From Balanoglossus misakiensis (Eukaryota > Animalia > Hemichordata): a stretch of 64,000 bases of DNA. The position numbers and the translations under genes are program-made. Location of the stretch: the NCBI GenBank assembly GCA_040954595.2, contig CM082598.2, positions 6,215,097-6,279,096 on the forward strand, given 5' to 3'. The notes under the pieces are model-generated. The model had not been told where the DNA came from, ran no database searches, and worked only from the letters and a program-made list of their open reading frames with translations. Of the stretch, positions 1 to 9,660 are shown piece by piece. The stretch's first letter is position 1. Each line of letters starts with the position of its first letter.

Positions 1-52
1 TTATCTTGTTGTACCTCATACATGATGTTGTCTGTTTTTATTTCGTGGATAG

Positions 53-175
53 GGTGGCAACACAGCACTCCACATGGCAGCAATGGGTAGAATGTCTTGG
101 AGCGATTGGAGCGATTATGGAAAAGTTATGAAACTATTGTTGCAATATGGAGCTGATATTGACTGCAAGAATGAG
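53..175 (+). CDS. Roco gene exon: ankyrin repeat
   Basis: AG 51-52, GT 176-177; GGNTALHMAAMGRMSWSDWSDYGKVMKLLLQYGADIDCKNE. Confidence 0.9.
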
Positions 176-3100
176 GTACAATCTTCCACTTTTATATTTT
201 ATTCAATATGTCCTTCTAGACCTACATCATGTATTCTGATCAACTCCCATTTTGTCTAAGTAGTTAATCTTCATAATCTTTGAATTTGAAATGCACAATT
301 TTATCACAAAGTCTTGAAAATGCCTGAACACTATTTTAACCAATCACTCCTAAAGCAGTATGAGTTTGCACAATGGTCATTGGTCCCCTTTCCATTGTAG
401 TTTTCTTGGTAAATTGTGGTGAGGAGAGAACATATCTATTTGTCTATTGTCCCTGGAATCAAAACTATTCCCTCTATCAAGTCAGGTGTTGTACACGTTG
501 GTGTTGACCAATGACAGTAGATGCCAATCCTATCTTTGAGACTTTCTATCTCCATTTTCAGTGATGTGGAGCTTGCCAGATTGTCCATTTGCACCTGCCA
601 TCTGCCAACTCCTGTCTGTCACCTAATATAATTGATCATTAAGGAGGCGCCATATAATTTGTCTTTGTCCTTTGAATCAAAACTACTCCCTCTATTGAGT
701 CAGGTGTTGTAAAGTCAGGTGTTGACTCATGGTGGTCTATGCCAATCCTATCGCTGAAACTTTCTATCTCCGTTTTCAGCGATGTGGGGAGCATATCAGA
801 GAGAATAATTTTCTGTCCGCCTCCAGCATCTGCCAACTCCTGTCTGTCACCTAATAATCTGACAATTCATAATAAGGAGGGTTGTTTTTCATTGTTTATG
901 TTCTATCTTATTTGTGTTTTAAATAATACTGTACTTTTTGTAAGTGTTTTTGATAATGTGTGATGGAAAATAGGAATCAGTGTTAATTTTCTTGTTGATT
1001 GTTGATTTTGTGAAATTCAAGTTTTGTTCACTATTAAACATGTCACTTGATGTTATTTTTTTCATGAAAAATTTAAAACAAAATTAACTTTAAAATTACA
1101 TTAAAATTTAATGAATTTTGAATTATAGTTATCTGTAACATTATTACTACTTTTATCAATATTAACATCATAATTAATGTTTCAATTCTTGTTATACCAA
1201 ATAAATTAGACTGGAAAAACACCACTTGATGTCGCTGAAAAAGAGTACATTAAGAAGGTGCTGTTGGATTACATTCAGGTGAGTGAAATTTTTATATTAC
1301 GATGAATTTTAACAATATACAACCTGAAATGAGCTAATTCTTATTCATCTTGAATTAAAAGTGGCCACATTATTATCGACATGATATAAATTATTACTTA
1401 ATGTGGTGTCACTATTATAGGGACAAAGTCTCTCTCTCGCTGCCCTTTTGCCATTAATTATGTTTGATACAAGACACCGTTTATGTTATGTGGATATATA
1501 GTGAATCAATGTTTGACCACACACAACTTCCATCCTGCTTGTAGACATGAGAGTGAAAAACTCGCCAAAATTAATAATCAGTCTCTACCGTTTATTCATT
1601 TTGGCAAGATTTTTACACTCATATACTACAAACAGGCTGAAAGTTGTGTGTGGTCAAACGTTGATTCACTATATATCCACATGTAGAATAACATAAACAG
1701 TGTCTTGTATCAAACATAGTTAATGGAAAAAGGGGCAGTGAGAGAGAGACTTTGCTCCCTTTAATGTACTCTCCAAACCAACAAATAAAATTGTATTTTT
1801 ATGATTTCATTATTGAACCAGAAACGAAATGAGTTCAATGTCCTGATGAAGGAATCAGGTGTGGAATGTGACATTTTAAAGTTGTTCTTCGCTGGAGATG
1901 GTGGAGTTGGTAAGACTACATTATTGGAGTCACTTCAGAAGGTATGTTAGTAATTGTATTGATTTGCATAAAAGTTCTAGTAAGCCATATTACAATAAAT
2001 AAGGGTTGTTTGGATAAAACGATGGGCCAGAATAAAATCTTAATAAAAACCTCTTACTCTGTCCTGAAATGTGAATTGTGAAGCAAGAGATTCTTGTCAT
2101 GAAAAAAACTGCATGTGAAGTAAAATTGTCGCAACTGATTCAAAACAAACGATTGGCAGAGTAAAAGCGCAATACTTCACATGCAAAATCTTTCGTGCAT
2201 TTGTAATATCATCGCATATAAAGAAACTGCTGTAGATCGGAATGCCACAGGTGAATGTATCAATATGTGACACAGGATAATTAAAACATACGCTTGGTAG
2301 ATGAGATTTTGTTTTATTTTGAAAATATATACTGGGCTTGAATTGTGAAGGTTCATAGCATATGTTCAAACCTTTAAAGAGGGTGGGATTGAGATTGTAT
2401 TTCATTTGTTGTTTGTGTGTTTTGATTATCCATGGCCCCTGAAAAGGGAATATTGTAGTCACACATTTTACAGCTATGATTTTGTATGTCCCAGTCATAT
2501 TGGAAAAACTTTGCATGCATCTTTAGTTTAAATTAACTCTATTTAAATGTATTGTTTAAAGGGACAATGTTTCTCTGGCTGACCTTTTTCCATTAATTAT
2601 GTTTGATACAAGACACTGTTTATGTTATTCTACATGTGGATATATAGTGAATAAACGTTCGACCACACACAATTTCCATACCACTTGTAGAGATGAGGGT
2701 GAAAAACTCGCCAAATTGAACAATCGGTCTCTACCATTTATACATTTTGGCGAGATTTTTACTCTCATATCCTACAAACGGGATGGATGTTGTGTGTGGT
2801 CAAACATTGATTCACTATGTATCCACATGTAGAATAACAAAAATGGTGTCTTGTATCAAACATAATTAATGGAAAAAGGGCAGCGAGAGAGAGACTTTGT
2901 CCCTTTAATTCCTCAGATTAGCTAGTGCAGCTTAGACAATTTAATGAAGTCTGATGCAGAGTCACAAGCAAATATGGTTAGCACAAAGACCAGAAAACTC
3001 ATAAAATAACTAGAAATTGTTTTCTTTCACTCCCACTTATCAAAGATTAAAGAAACAACCCTGGAATCTGAACAAGGTGAACATATTCCCACACCTGGTA

Positions 3101-6100
3101 TTGATGTCCAAAGTGTTCATATTCCTGACGTAGGAAATGTCAGTGTTTGGGATTTTGCCGGCCAGGCTGAGTATTATGTCACTCATAACATGTTTCTGGG
3201 AGCACCCAATGCTGTCTCCATATTGGTGTTCAAAGCTACTAACGAGAATGGTAAACTCAACACCTTTGAAGGTGTGTTCCCACAGGTAAGAATCTGCACA
3301 GGAATGTTAGACTGCATTGTTTATCACTTCCCAAGTTTTATCTGTAGGAATGGAAAATATTGCTGTTTGAGAAACTTTTAATTATTCCATGTGCAACACT
3401 ATCTCAGTCACCATTCATGGCTTTTTGATAGAGTTGCAGATATTTCTATAAATAGTTCCTTGCAGAACCAGCATGCCATTGTTGTTCAATAATTGTTTCT
3501 CATTGTGTATCACATAGTGAACACCTATTGCCTGGCCATGAGGGCCATAGCGGCCGTTTATTACACCCGAGGGGCTGTGAGTTACCAGAATCATATGCTA
3601 TTTCCCAAGGCCGCAGGGAAATAGCATATGATTCTGGTAACTCACAGTCACGAGGGGGTAAAAACGGCTGCTATGGCCCGAATATAGGCCAGGCTATAGG
3701 TGTTTTATAATAAACCTCATGCTAACAGCTGGGAAAATCTTGCAATTTTCTCTTGAGGCTGGCAGACGACATCTTCAGCGGTGGCCATTGTGTCAGACAA
3801 CGCGACGCTGATTGACGTGACCACGTTGGTCACGTGACCGGTTTATATTTTTTCTGCTATTTCCCTAGCGGTTCATAGTCGATTCTATTTTCCTAACAAG
3901 TGACGGATTCTGGCGAATCACGGCACAGTATTAGCATGAGGTATATTATAACTCCACATATTACCTGAATCATGATAAATCTCATATTGGATTCAATTCA
4001 TGATCTAGTTAACTCAAGATTGCTGCTTTTCATGATACAAATATTTTTATTTGTAGATTTTGTTTTGGTTACGGTTTCTGAAAGGAACAACCCACATGGA
4101 CAGGTATTCATTTGATAAGTCAGGTGAAGGCTACGAGAAACCAGTGGTGATATTGGTTGCAAGTCGAGCAGATAAGCTGAAGAAAGAATTCATGGCTCAA
4201 GGTTGGTGTAACTCATTACTAACAACTTAACCTCTTAACCTAACTTGCAATCCTACCATTGTAGCCTCAAAAAGCTTGGACCTAACCTGAGAAAGCTCAA
4301 ACTAGTTTTGGCATTGATTGTATGACATATAAATGCATTATTTTGTCTCAATCAGCTAGTGGTTATTACAAGTGTATATTCATGTTGTGATTTCACAGGA
4401 CGTCTTTTGCTGAAGAAAGTTCTCAAAGAAGCAAAGAAGATGTTTGATGAATATCTAGACATACCGAGTGGCATATTTCTTTTGAATTGCCGGGATTCGA
4501 TGGACAGTGAAATGAAGAAACTCCGCCAATGTTTACATCAGCACAAGGTAACTATGCATTCTTGTATTCAGTGCCAAGTTTATTAAAGCTATAACACCTA
4601 CTACTTTTTTCATTCATGATTTTACGTTCAAACTTAGAATGGTCCATTTGAACTTTGAAGCTTACTAATGGGTATACACAAATATATTACCAACCTCTGA
4701 TTGTGACTGTATGTTTACAAGGTAAATAATAAGTGGGTGCCATACCTATTTATTCAGCCTTCCATTGCATGAGTACACAGCTATTGTCGTATGCATATGT
4801 GAATTTTAGAATCTCCACAAACTCAAAATAACATCTATCAGCCAAGGATAAGAAGAAGTCTGGAGTATTTTATTGATAACAATATGCCATAAGTGGCAGC
4901 TATTTGGGCATTAATTAAAAAACCCATTGATATGCACATCTTTATTAATAGAAAGTGAAAATGCTTCCAAGCTTGTGTGCCAAGATAATGGAAAAGAAGA
5001 GGGAATTATATGATGACTTCCCAGCTCTTTACTGGACAGAATATGTGACAAGAATCAAAGAAATATACCCCACGATTGAGGAAAGTTTCTTACGAAAAGC
5101 CACCAACTATCTGCATGACATAGGAGAGGTCAGTAACAAGAAACATCATGTTGCTCATCCATTCTCAAGTACCAAAGTGTTTCTATAGTGACAAATCAGA
5201 TTTAGTAATTTCACCCTATTAAGGCCAAAAAAATGATATGTGCTGTTCCAATTACATAGTTTTCAAAAATAGGGTAGGTAGGGAAATTTTTTATTTGGCA
5301 TTTGTTTATATCTTTAGCCGCCGTAGTGTAGAAGAATGGCATCATAGTTCTTGCATGTTTTACGCAATTTTCATAAATTTTGTATATTTGACATCGTTGT
5401 TTTTACTTTCGGTTTTCAAAGCTCTAAAAAGTTTAGGGTCAGCGGGCTAAAATAAGGGTGGGTCGGGTAATCGGAACAGCACATATTTTTTATTTTGGCC
5501 TAATGTATGATTGCAATTTTGGGACTCAAAATGGAATCTTACATTAATTCAGTTAATTTGTAATTCTTATTCAATTTTGAGTCCCAAAATTTCAGTCATA
5601 ATAACTTGGTACAAAAAATATGTACCATGATGTTCATACCCACATTTATTCATCCATTTTGACTGCCTGACAACCATTAATTATTATTTCTGAAGAGATT
5701 TTATTGAATCTTACTATGAACTAAATATGCTCATGTGTTTAGGACTGAAAATGTGCAAATTTATGCAATGAATTATCATCAAATTCAACATTCCTTCAAT
5801 TCAGCTTATATCTATTATCAATTGCATGATCTCATCAAGGTTGTCCATATGCAAATTTGCAGTTTATTGATTAGAAACTGGCAGAGTGTTATTAAATACA
5901 GTACAGTACATGTAAAGACAGTTTGACCAGTTTCAATAAATTTGAATGAATATTTAACAAATTAGTGCAATTATAGCTTTAAATCAGAGGTTATTAAACA
6001 AATTTTATGAAACTTACTCGTGATAAATATTTCATAAGTATATTAATAGATAATAGAAATCAGTTGCATTGAAAAAAAATATAAATTTATTGCTTAAATT

Positions 6101-7649
6101 AAATTTGTACATTTTTCAAGTTTTTGTCAAACTATAAACATGTGAGCATTATCAGTTCATAATGGGTCCATGTATGGTAAAATATCCCTATTTCTGTCCT
6201 TAGCTTTTGCTTGTGAAGAAGTCATCTCCTGACACAGATGATATTGTTGCATTGGATCCAAAATGGCTGTGCTCCAGAATCTTTGGGCCGATGTTGGCTA
6301 CCCATTTATTCGCACAGTTCAGTAGCTGGTTTGAAAGACAGACTTTTCACTCCATGGGTGCGATAAAGGATGTACTTGGTAAAGGTGTCAACTACAAACT
6401 TCTTGTCAGACTTCTGGAGGATTTCGAACTTGCTTATCCAGTGGATATTGAAGTGGATCCTACAGATGAAGATGTTGAGTCAAACACTCATGCGGATGAA
6501 GATAGCGAACCAGACTCCATACGTGATGAAGAACGGAAAAAAGCTTTCGTCATACCAGGGCTTCAAGACGACGATATGCCTGAAGGTCAATGGGAAGTGA
6601 GTCGAATGAAGACCATCTACCTTGGAAGACGTTTTGAATGCCACGATGAAACAGATTCCTTTACGGCAGGCTTTTTCCCAAGATTACAGACCCGTCTATA
6701 TAAGCATTTCACAGAGCTTGGCCGACCGCCCAGTGGCTTATGGAAAAATGGTATCAAAGTGTGCCATGATGTTGAAGGTCTTGTCTTTATGACCAATGGC
6801 AGAAGGGCAGTCAATGTCTGTGTACGAGTTGAAGACAAGAAGTTGATTGGGAAGGGCCACAAACTTCTTGAGATGGTTTCCAAAGACATACAGGATGTCT
6901 TCTCAATCGCATGTCCAGGCAACAGGATGGATCAGCTTATCCTGAGTGCAGATTCTCTTGCAAACCACAGCAACATGGAAAAAGTAGAGTTTTACACTCT
7001 CGATGAGGTACTACTTGCAGAAGACACTGGGAAGAAAGTGTACAACAAAAAAGTTGGTAAAGAAGAAGATGTTTGTGACCTACTTTGTCAAGGTCATGAC
7101 ACGACCATCTTACGAAAGAAGTGGAAACGCTGTGATATCAAATGGATGCTTGAAGATACCAGACAAGAAGTGACCATGAAAATGGACATTGAGCGTGGAC
7201 ACCCTTCCTTGCACTATGCCACCATGGCCGAATGGATTGGAATCGGGTACCAGGATGTCATGGCACTTGAAAAAGTGGCAAGTCTAACACGCAGATCAGT
7301 TACAGACTGCATCTTCGAAGAGTGGTGTCGCAGATGGATGCAACAACATCAAAGTGGAAAAGCCACAACTACAGCTGCAGGTGCCAGAGCCATGTCACAT
7401 GACATAGATGCCACCAAAGGTCGTATGGCAAAAATGTCACTGTCGTCAACATCGTCGCCCCTGCAAGATTCAAGTGAAGAAGCGAAGGCTCAAAAAACAG
7501 CAAGACAGAAGTATCCACGTGTAGAGGGACCCCTCTACGAAAGCAACTTTGAGAATCTGTTGGCAATTTTCAAGACCATGGGAAGAGACGACATGGTAAC
7601 ATTGATTGAAGAGATGTTTGCAGACATTGTGAAAACACCAACAAAATGA
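53..7649 (+). CDS. DAPK-like Roco protein (ankyrin - ROC GTPase - COR - death domain), 5'-partial, 8 exons: 53-175, 1210-1278, 1822-1941, 3046-3285, 4057-4201, 4399-4547, 4952-5128, 6204-7649
   Basis: All exons have AG/GT borders with compatible phases and splice into one open frame. Motifs: ankyrin GNTALHMAA...LLLQYGADIDCKN and GKTPLDVA; P-loop GDGGVGKTT; G2 PTPG; G3 WDFAGQ; G4-like LVASRAD; COR LHDIGE and LDPKWL; death-domain-like end LLAIFKTMGRDD. TGA stop at 7647-7649. Confidence 0.92.
431..880. repeat. Diverged tandem duplication (two ~220-bp copies) in the first Roco intron of the window
   Basis: Shared blocks GAATCAAAACTAyTCCCTCTAT, ATGCCAATCCTATC and CATCTGCCAACTCCTGTCTGTCACCTAATA in ~431-640 and ~651-880. 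Confidence 0.8.
1210..1278 (+). CDS. Roco gene exon: end of ankyrin region
   Basis: AG 1208-1209, GTGAGT donor; TGKTPLDVAEKEYIKKVLLDYIQ. Confidence 0.88.
1419..1760. mobile_element. MITE with long TIRs (AGGG...CCCT, Kolobok-like), copy 1
   Basis: Long imperfect TIRs AGGGACAAAGTCTCTCTCTCGCTGCCC / GGGCAGTGAGAGAGAGACTTTGCTCCCT; TTAA on the right; same family at 2560 and 17597. Confidence 0.85.
1822..1941 (+). CDS. Roco gene exon: ROC P-loop
   Basis: CAG acceptor, GTATGT donor; ...LKLFFAGDGGVGKTTLLESLQK. Confidence 0.92.
2560..2904. mobile_element. MITE with long TIRs (Kolobok-like), copy 2
   Basis: TTAA|AGGGACAA...TTGTCCCT|TTAA; internal sequence matches 1419-1760. Confidence 0.88.
3046..3285 (+). 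CDS. Roco gene exon: ROC G2/G3
   Basis: HIPTPGIDV...VWDFAGQAEYYVTHNMFL; GTAAG donor. Confidence 0.92.
3520..3951. mobile_element. Double-hairpin non-autonomous element (possibly Crypton-type)
   Basis: Long inverted repeat 3520-3704 with a perfect 32-bp core (3575-3606/3616-3647), then a second inverted repeat 3705-3725/3931-3951 bounded by TTATAATA/TATTATAA. Confidence 0.6.
4057..4201 (+). CDS. Roco gene exon: ROC G4
   Basis: ILFWLRFLK...KPVVILVASRADK; phase-1 donor at 4202. Confidence 0.88.
4399..4547 (+). CDS. Roco gene exon: end of ROC
   Basis: Phase-1 CAG acceptor; ...IFLLNCRDSMDSEMKKLRQCL; GTAACT donor. Confidence 0.88.
4952..5128 (+). CDS. Roco gene exon: start of COR
   Basis: KVKMLPSLC...LRKATNYLHDIGE; GTCAGT donor. 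Confidence 0.88.
5223..5500. mobile_element. PIF/Harbinger-like MITE
   Basis: TAA|GGCCAAAA..ATATGTGCTGTTCC ... GGAACAGCACATAT..TTTTGGCC|TAA; 3-bp TWA target duplication. Confidence 0.75.
5515..5592. repeat. Short inverted repeat/hairpin
   Basis: AATTTTGGGACTCAAAAT / ATTTTGAGTCCCAAAATT. Confidence 0.7.
6204..7649 (+). CDS. Roco gene terminal exon: COR and death domain
   Basis: Polypyrimidine tract + TAG acceptor; 481 open codons containing LDPKWL, GRRF, GFFPRLQ, LWKNGI and a C-terminal death-fold-like region. Confidence 0.93.
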   Translation, partial: LLLVKKSSPDTDDIVALDPKWLCSRIFGPMLATHLFAQFSSWFERQTFHSMGAIKDVLGKGVNYKLLVRLLEDFELAYPVDIEVDPTDEDVESNTHADEDSEPDSIRDEERKKAFVIPGLQDDDMPEGQWEVSRMKTIYLGRRFECHDETDSFTAGFFPRLQTRLYKHFTELGRPPSGLWKNGIKVCHDVEGLVFMTNGRRAVNVCVRVEDKKLIGKGHKLLEMVSKDIQDVFSIACPGNRMDQLILSADSLANHSNMEKVEFYTLDEVLLAEDTGKKVYNKKVGKEEDVCDLLCQGHDTTILRKKWKRCDIKWMLEDTRQEVTMKMDIERGHPSLHYATMAEWIGIGYQDVMALEKVASLTRRSVTDCIFEEWCRRWMQQHQSGKATTTAAGARAMSHDIDATKGRMAKMSLSSTSSPLQDSSEEAKAQKTARQKYPRVEGPLYESNFENLLAIFKTMGRDDMVTLIEEMFADIVKTPTK

Positions 7650-7769
7650 ACAGATAACATCATGGGCATAACAATTATTCCTTCTGTTATGCAAATTTGC
7701 CACCATCATAATTTCTGGGGCCAACACTGGAGTTTATTCTGTCCTCGTCTCCGTATGCCTATGGACATA

Positions 7770-9660
7770 TCACATGGACATGACTGCAAAATGGACACAG
7801 ATCATTTATGAAGTCAATTTGAAACAACTTTACTTGAAGTCAGTACATTGTAAACAGAATACCAGAGTTGTAATAATTTGTCTGATCATAATATGTTTAT
7901 AGACACATCACGTACATGGAAATGAATGCAAGAATGGACACAGATCATTTATGAAGTCAATTTGAAACAATTTTACTTGAAGTCAGTACATTGTAAACAA
8001 TACCAGAGTTGTAATAATTTGTCTGATCATAATATGTCTATAGACACATCACGTAAATGGACATGAATGCAAGAATGGACACCGATCATTATAAAGTCAA
8101 TGTGAGCAACTTTACTTGAAGTCAGTACATTGTAAACAGAATACCAGAGTTGTAATAATTTGTCTGATCATAATATGTCTATAGACACATCACGTTAATG
8201 GACATGAATGCAAGAATGGACACCGATCATTATAAAGTCAATGTGAGCAACTTTACTTGAAGTCAGTACATTGTAAACAGAATACCAGAGTTGTAATAAT
8301 TTGTCTGATCATAATATGTTTATAGACACATCACGTACATGGAAATGAATGCAAGAATGGACACAGATCATTTATGAAGTCAATTTGAAACAATTTTACT
8401 TGAAGTCAGTACATTGTAAACAATACCAGAGTTGTAATAATTTGTCTGATCATAATATGTCTATAGACACATCACGTAAATGGACATGAATGCAAGAATG
8501 GACACCGATCATTATAAAGTCAATGTGAGCAACTTTACTTGAAGTCAGTACATTGTAAACAGAATACCAGAGTTGTAATAATTTGTCTGATCATAATATG
8601 TCTATAGACACATCACGTTAATGGACATGAATGCAAGAATGGACACCGATCATTATAAAGTCAATGTGAGCAACTTTACTTGAAGTCAGTACATTGTAAA
8701 CAGAATACCAGAGTTGTAATAATTTGTCTGATCATAATATGTCTATAGACACATCACGTTAATGGACATGAATGCAAGAATGGACACAGATCATTTATGA
8801 AGTCAATGTGGTGAGCAGCTTTACTTGAAGTCAGAACATTGTAAACAGAATACCAGAGTTGTAATAATTTGTCTGACCATAATATGTCTATAGACACATC
8901 ACGTTAATGGACATGAATGCAAGAATGGACACAGATCATTTATGAAGTCAATGTGAACAACTTCACTTGAAGTCAGAACATTGTAAACAGAATACCAGAG
9001 TTGTAATAATTTGTCTGATCATAATATGTCTATAGACACATCACGTTAATGGACATGAATGCAAGAATGGACACAGATCATTTATGAAGTCAATGTGAAC
9101 AACTTCACTTGAAGTCAGAACATTGTAAACAGAATACCAGAGTTGTAATAATTTGTCTGACCATAATATGTCTATAGACACATCACGTTAATGGACATGA
9201 ATGCAAGAATGGACACAGATCATTTATGAAGTCAATGTGGTGAGCAGCTTTACTTGAAGTCAGAACATTGTAAACAGAATACCAGAGTTGTAATAATTTG
9301 TCTGATCATAATATGTCTATAGACACATCACGTTAATGGACATGAATGCAAGAATGGACACAGATCATTTATGAAGTCAATGTGAACAACTTCACTTGAA
9401 GTCAGAACATTGTAAACAGAATACCAGAGTTGTAATAATTTGTCTGATCATAATATGTCTATAGACACATCACGTTAATGGACATGAATGCAAGAATGGA
9501 CACAGATCATTTATGAAGTCAATGTGAACAACTTCACTTGAAGTCAGAACATTGTAAACAGAATACCAGAGTTGTAATAATTTGCCTGATCACACTATGT
9601 CTATAGACACATCACGTTAATGGACATGAATGCAAGAATGGACACAGATCATTCATAAAG
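7770..9660. repeat. Tandem array, ~141-bp unit, ~13-14 copies
   Basis: Recurring unit ...ATGGACACAGATCATT...ACTTGAAGTCAGwACATTGTAAACAGAATACCAGAGTTGTAATAATTTGTCTGATCATAATATGTCTATAGACACATCACGT... Confidence 0.97.

Noticed and set aside
1843-1860. Other CTGATGA hammerhead-core matches (1843, ~38456, ~40569, ~62944)
   Set aside because: No stem II followed by GAAA; most lie in coding or ex-coding sequence
1483-2832. Two similar short ORFs (1483-1686, 2599-2832)
   Set aside because: Both lie inside copies of the same intronic MITE
7770-9660. Possible CRISPR-like array (also 26769-27262)
   Set aside because: Whole units repeat with no unique spacers, there are no cas genes, and the context is eukaryotic
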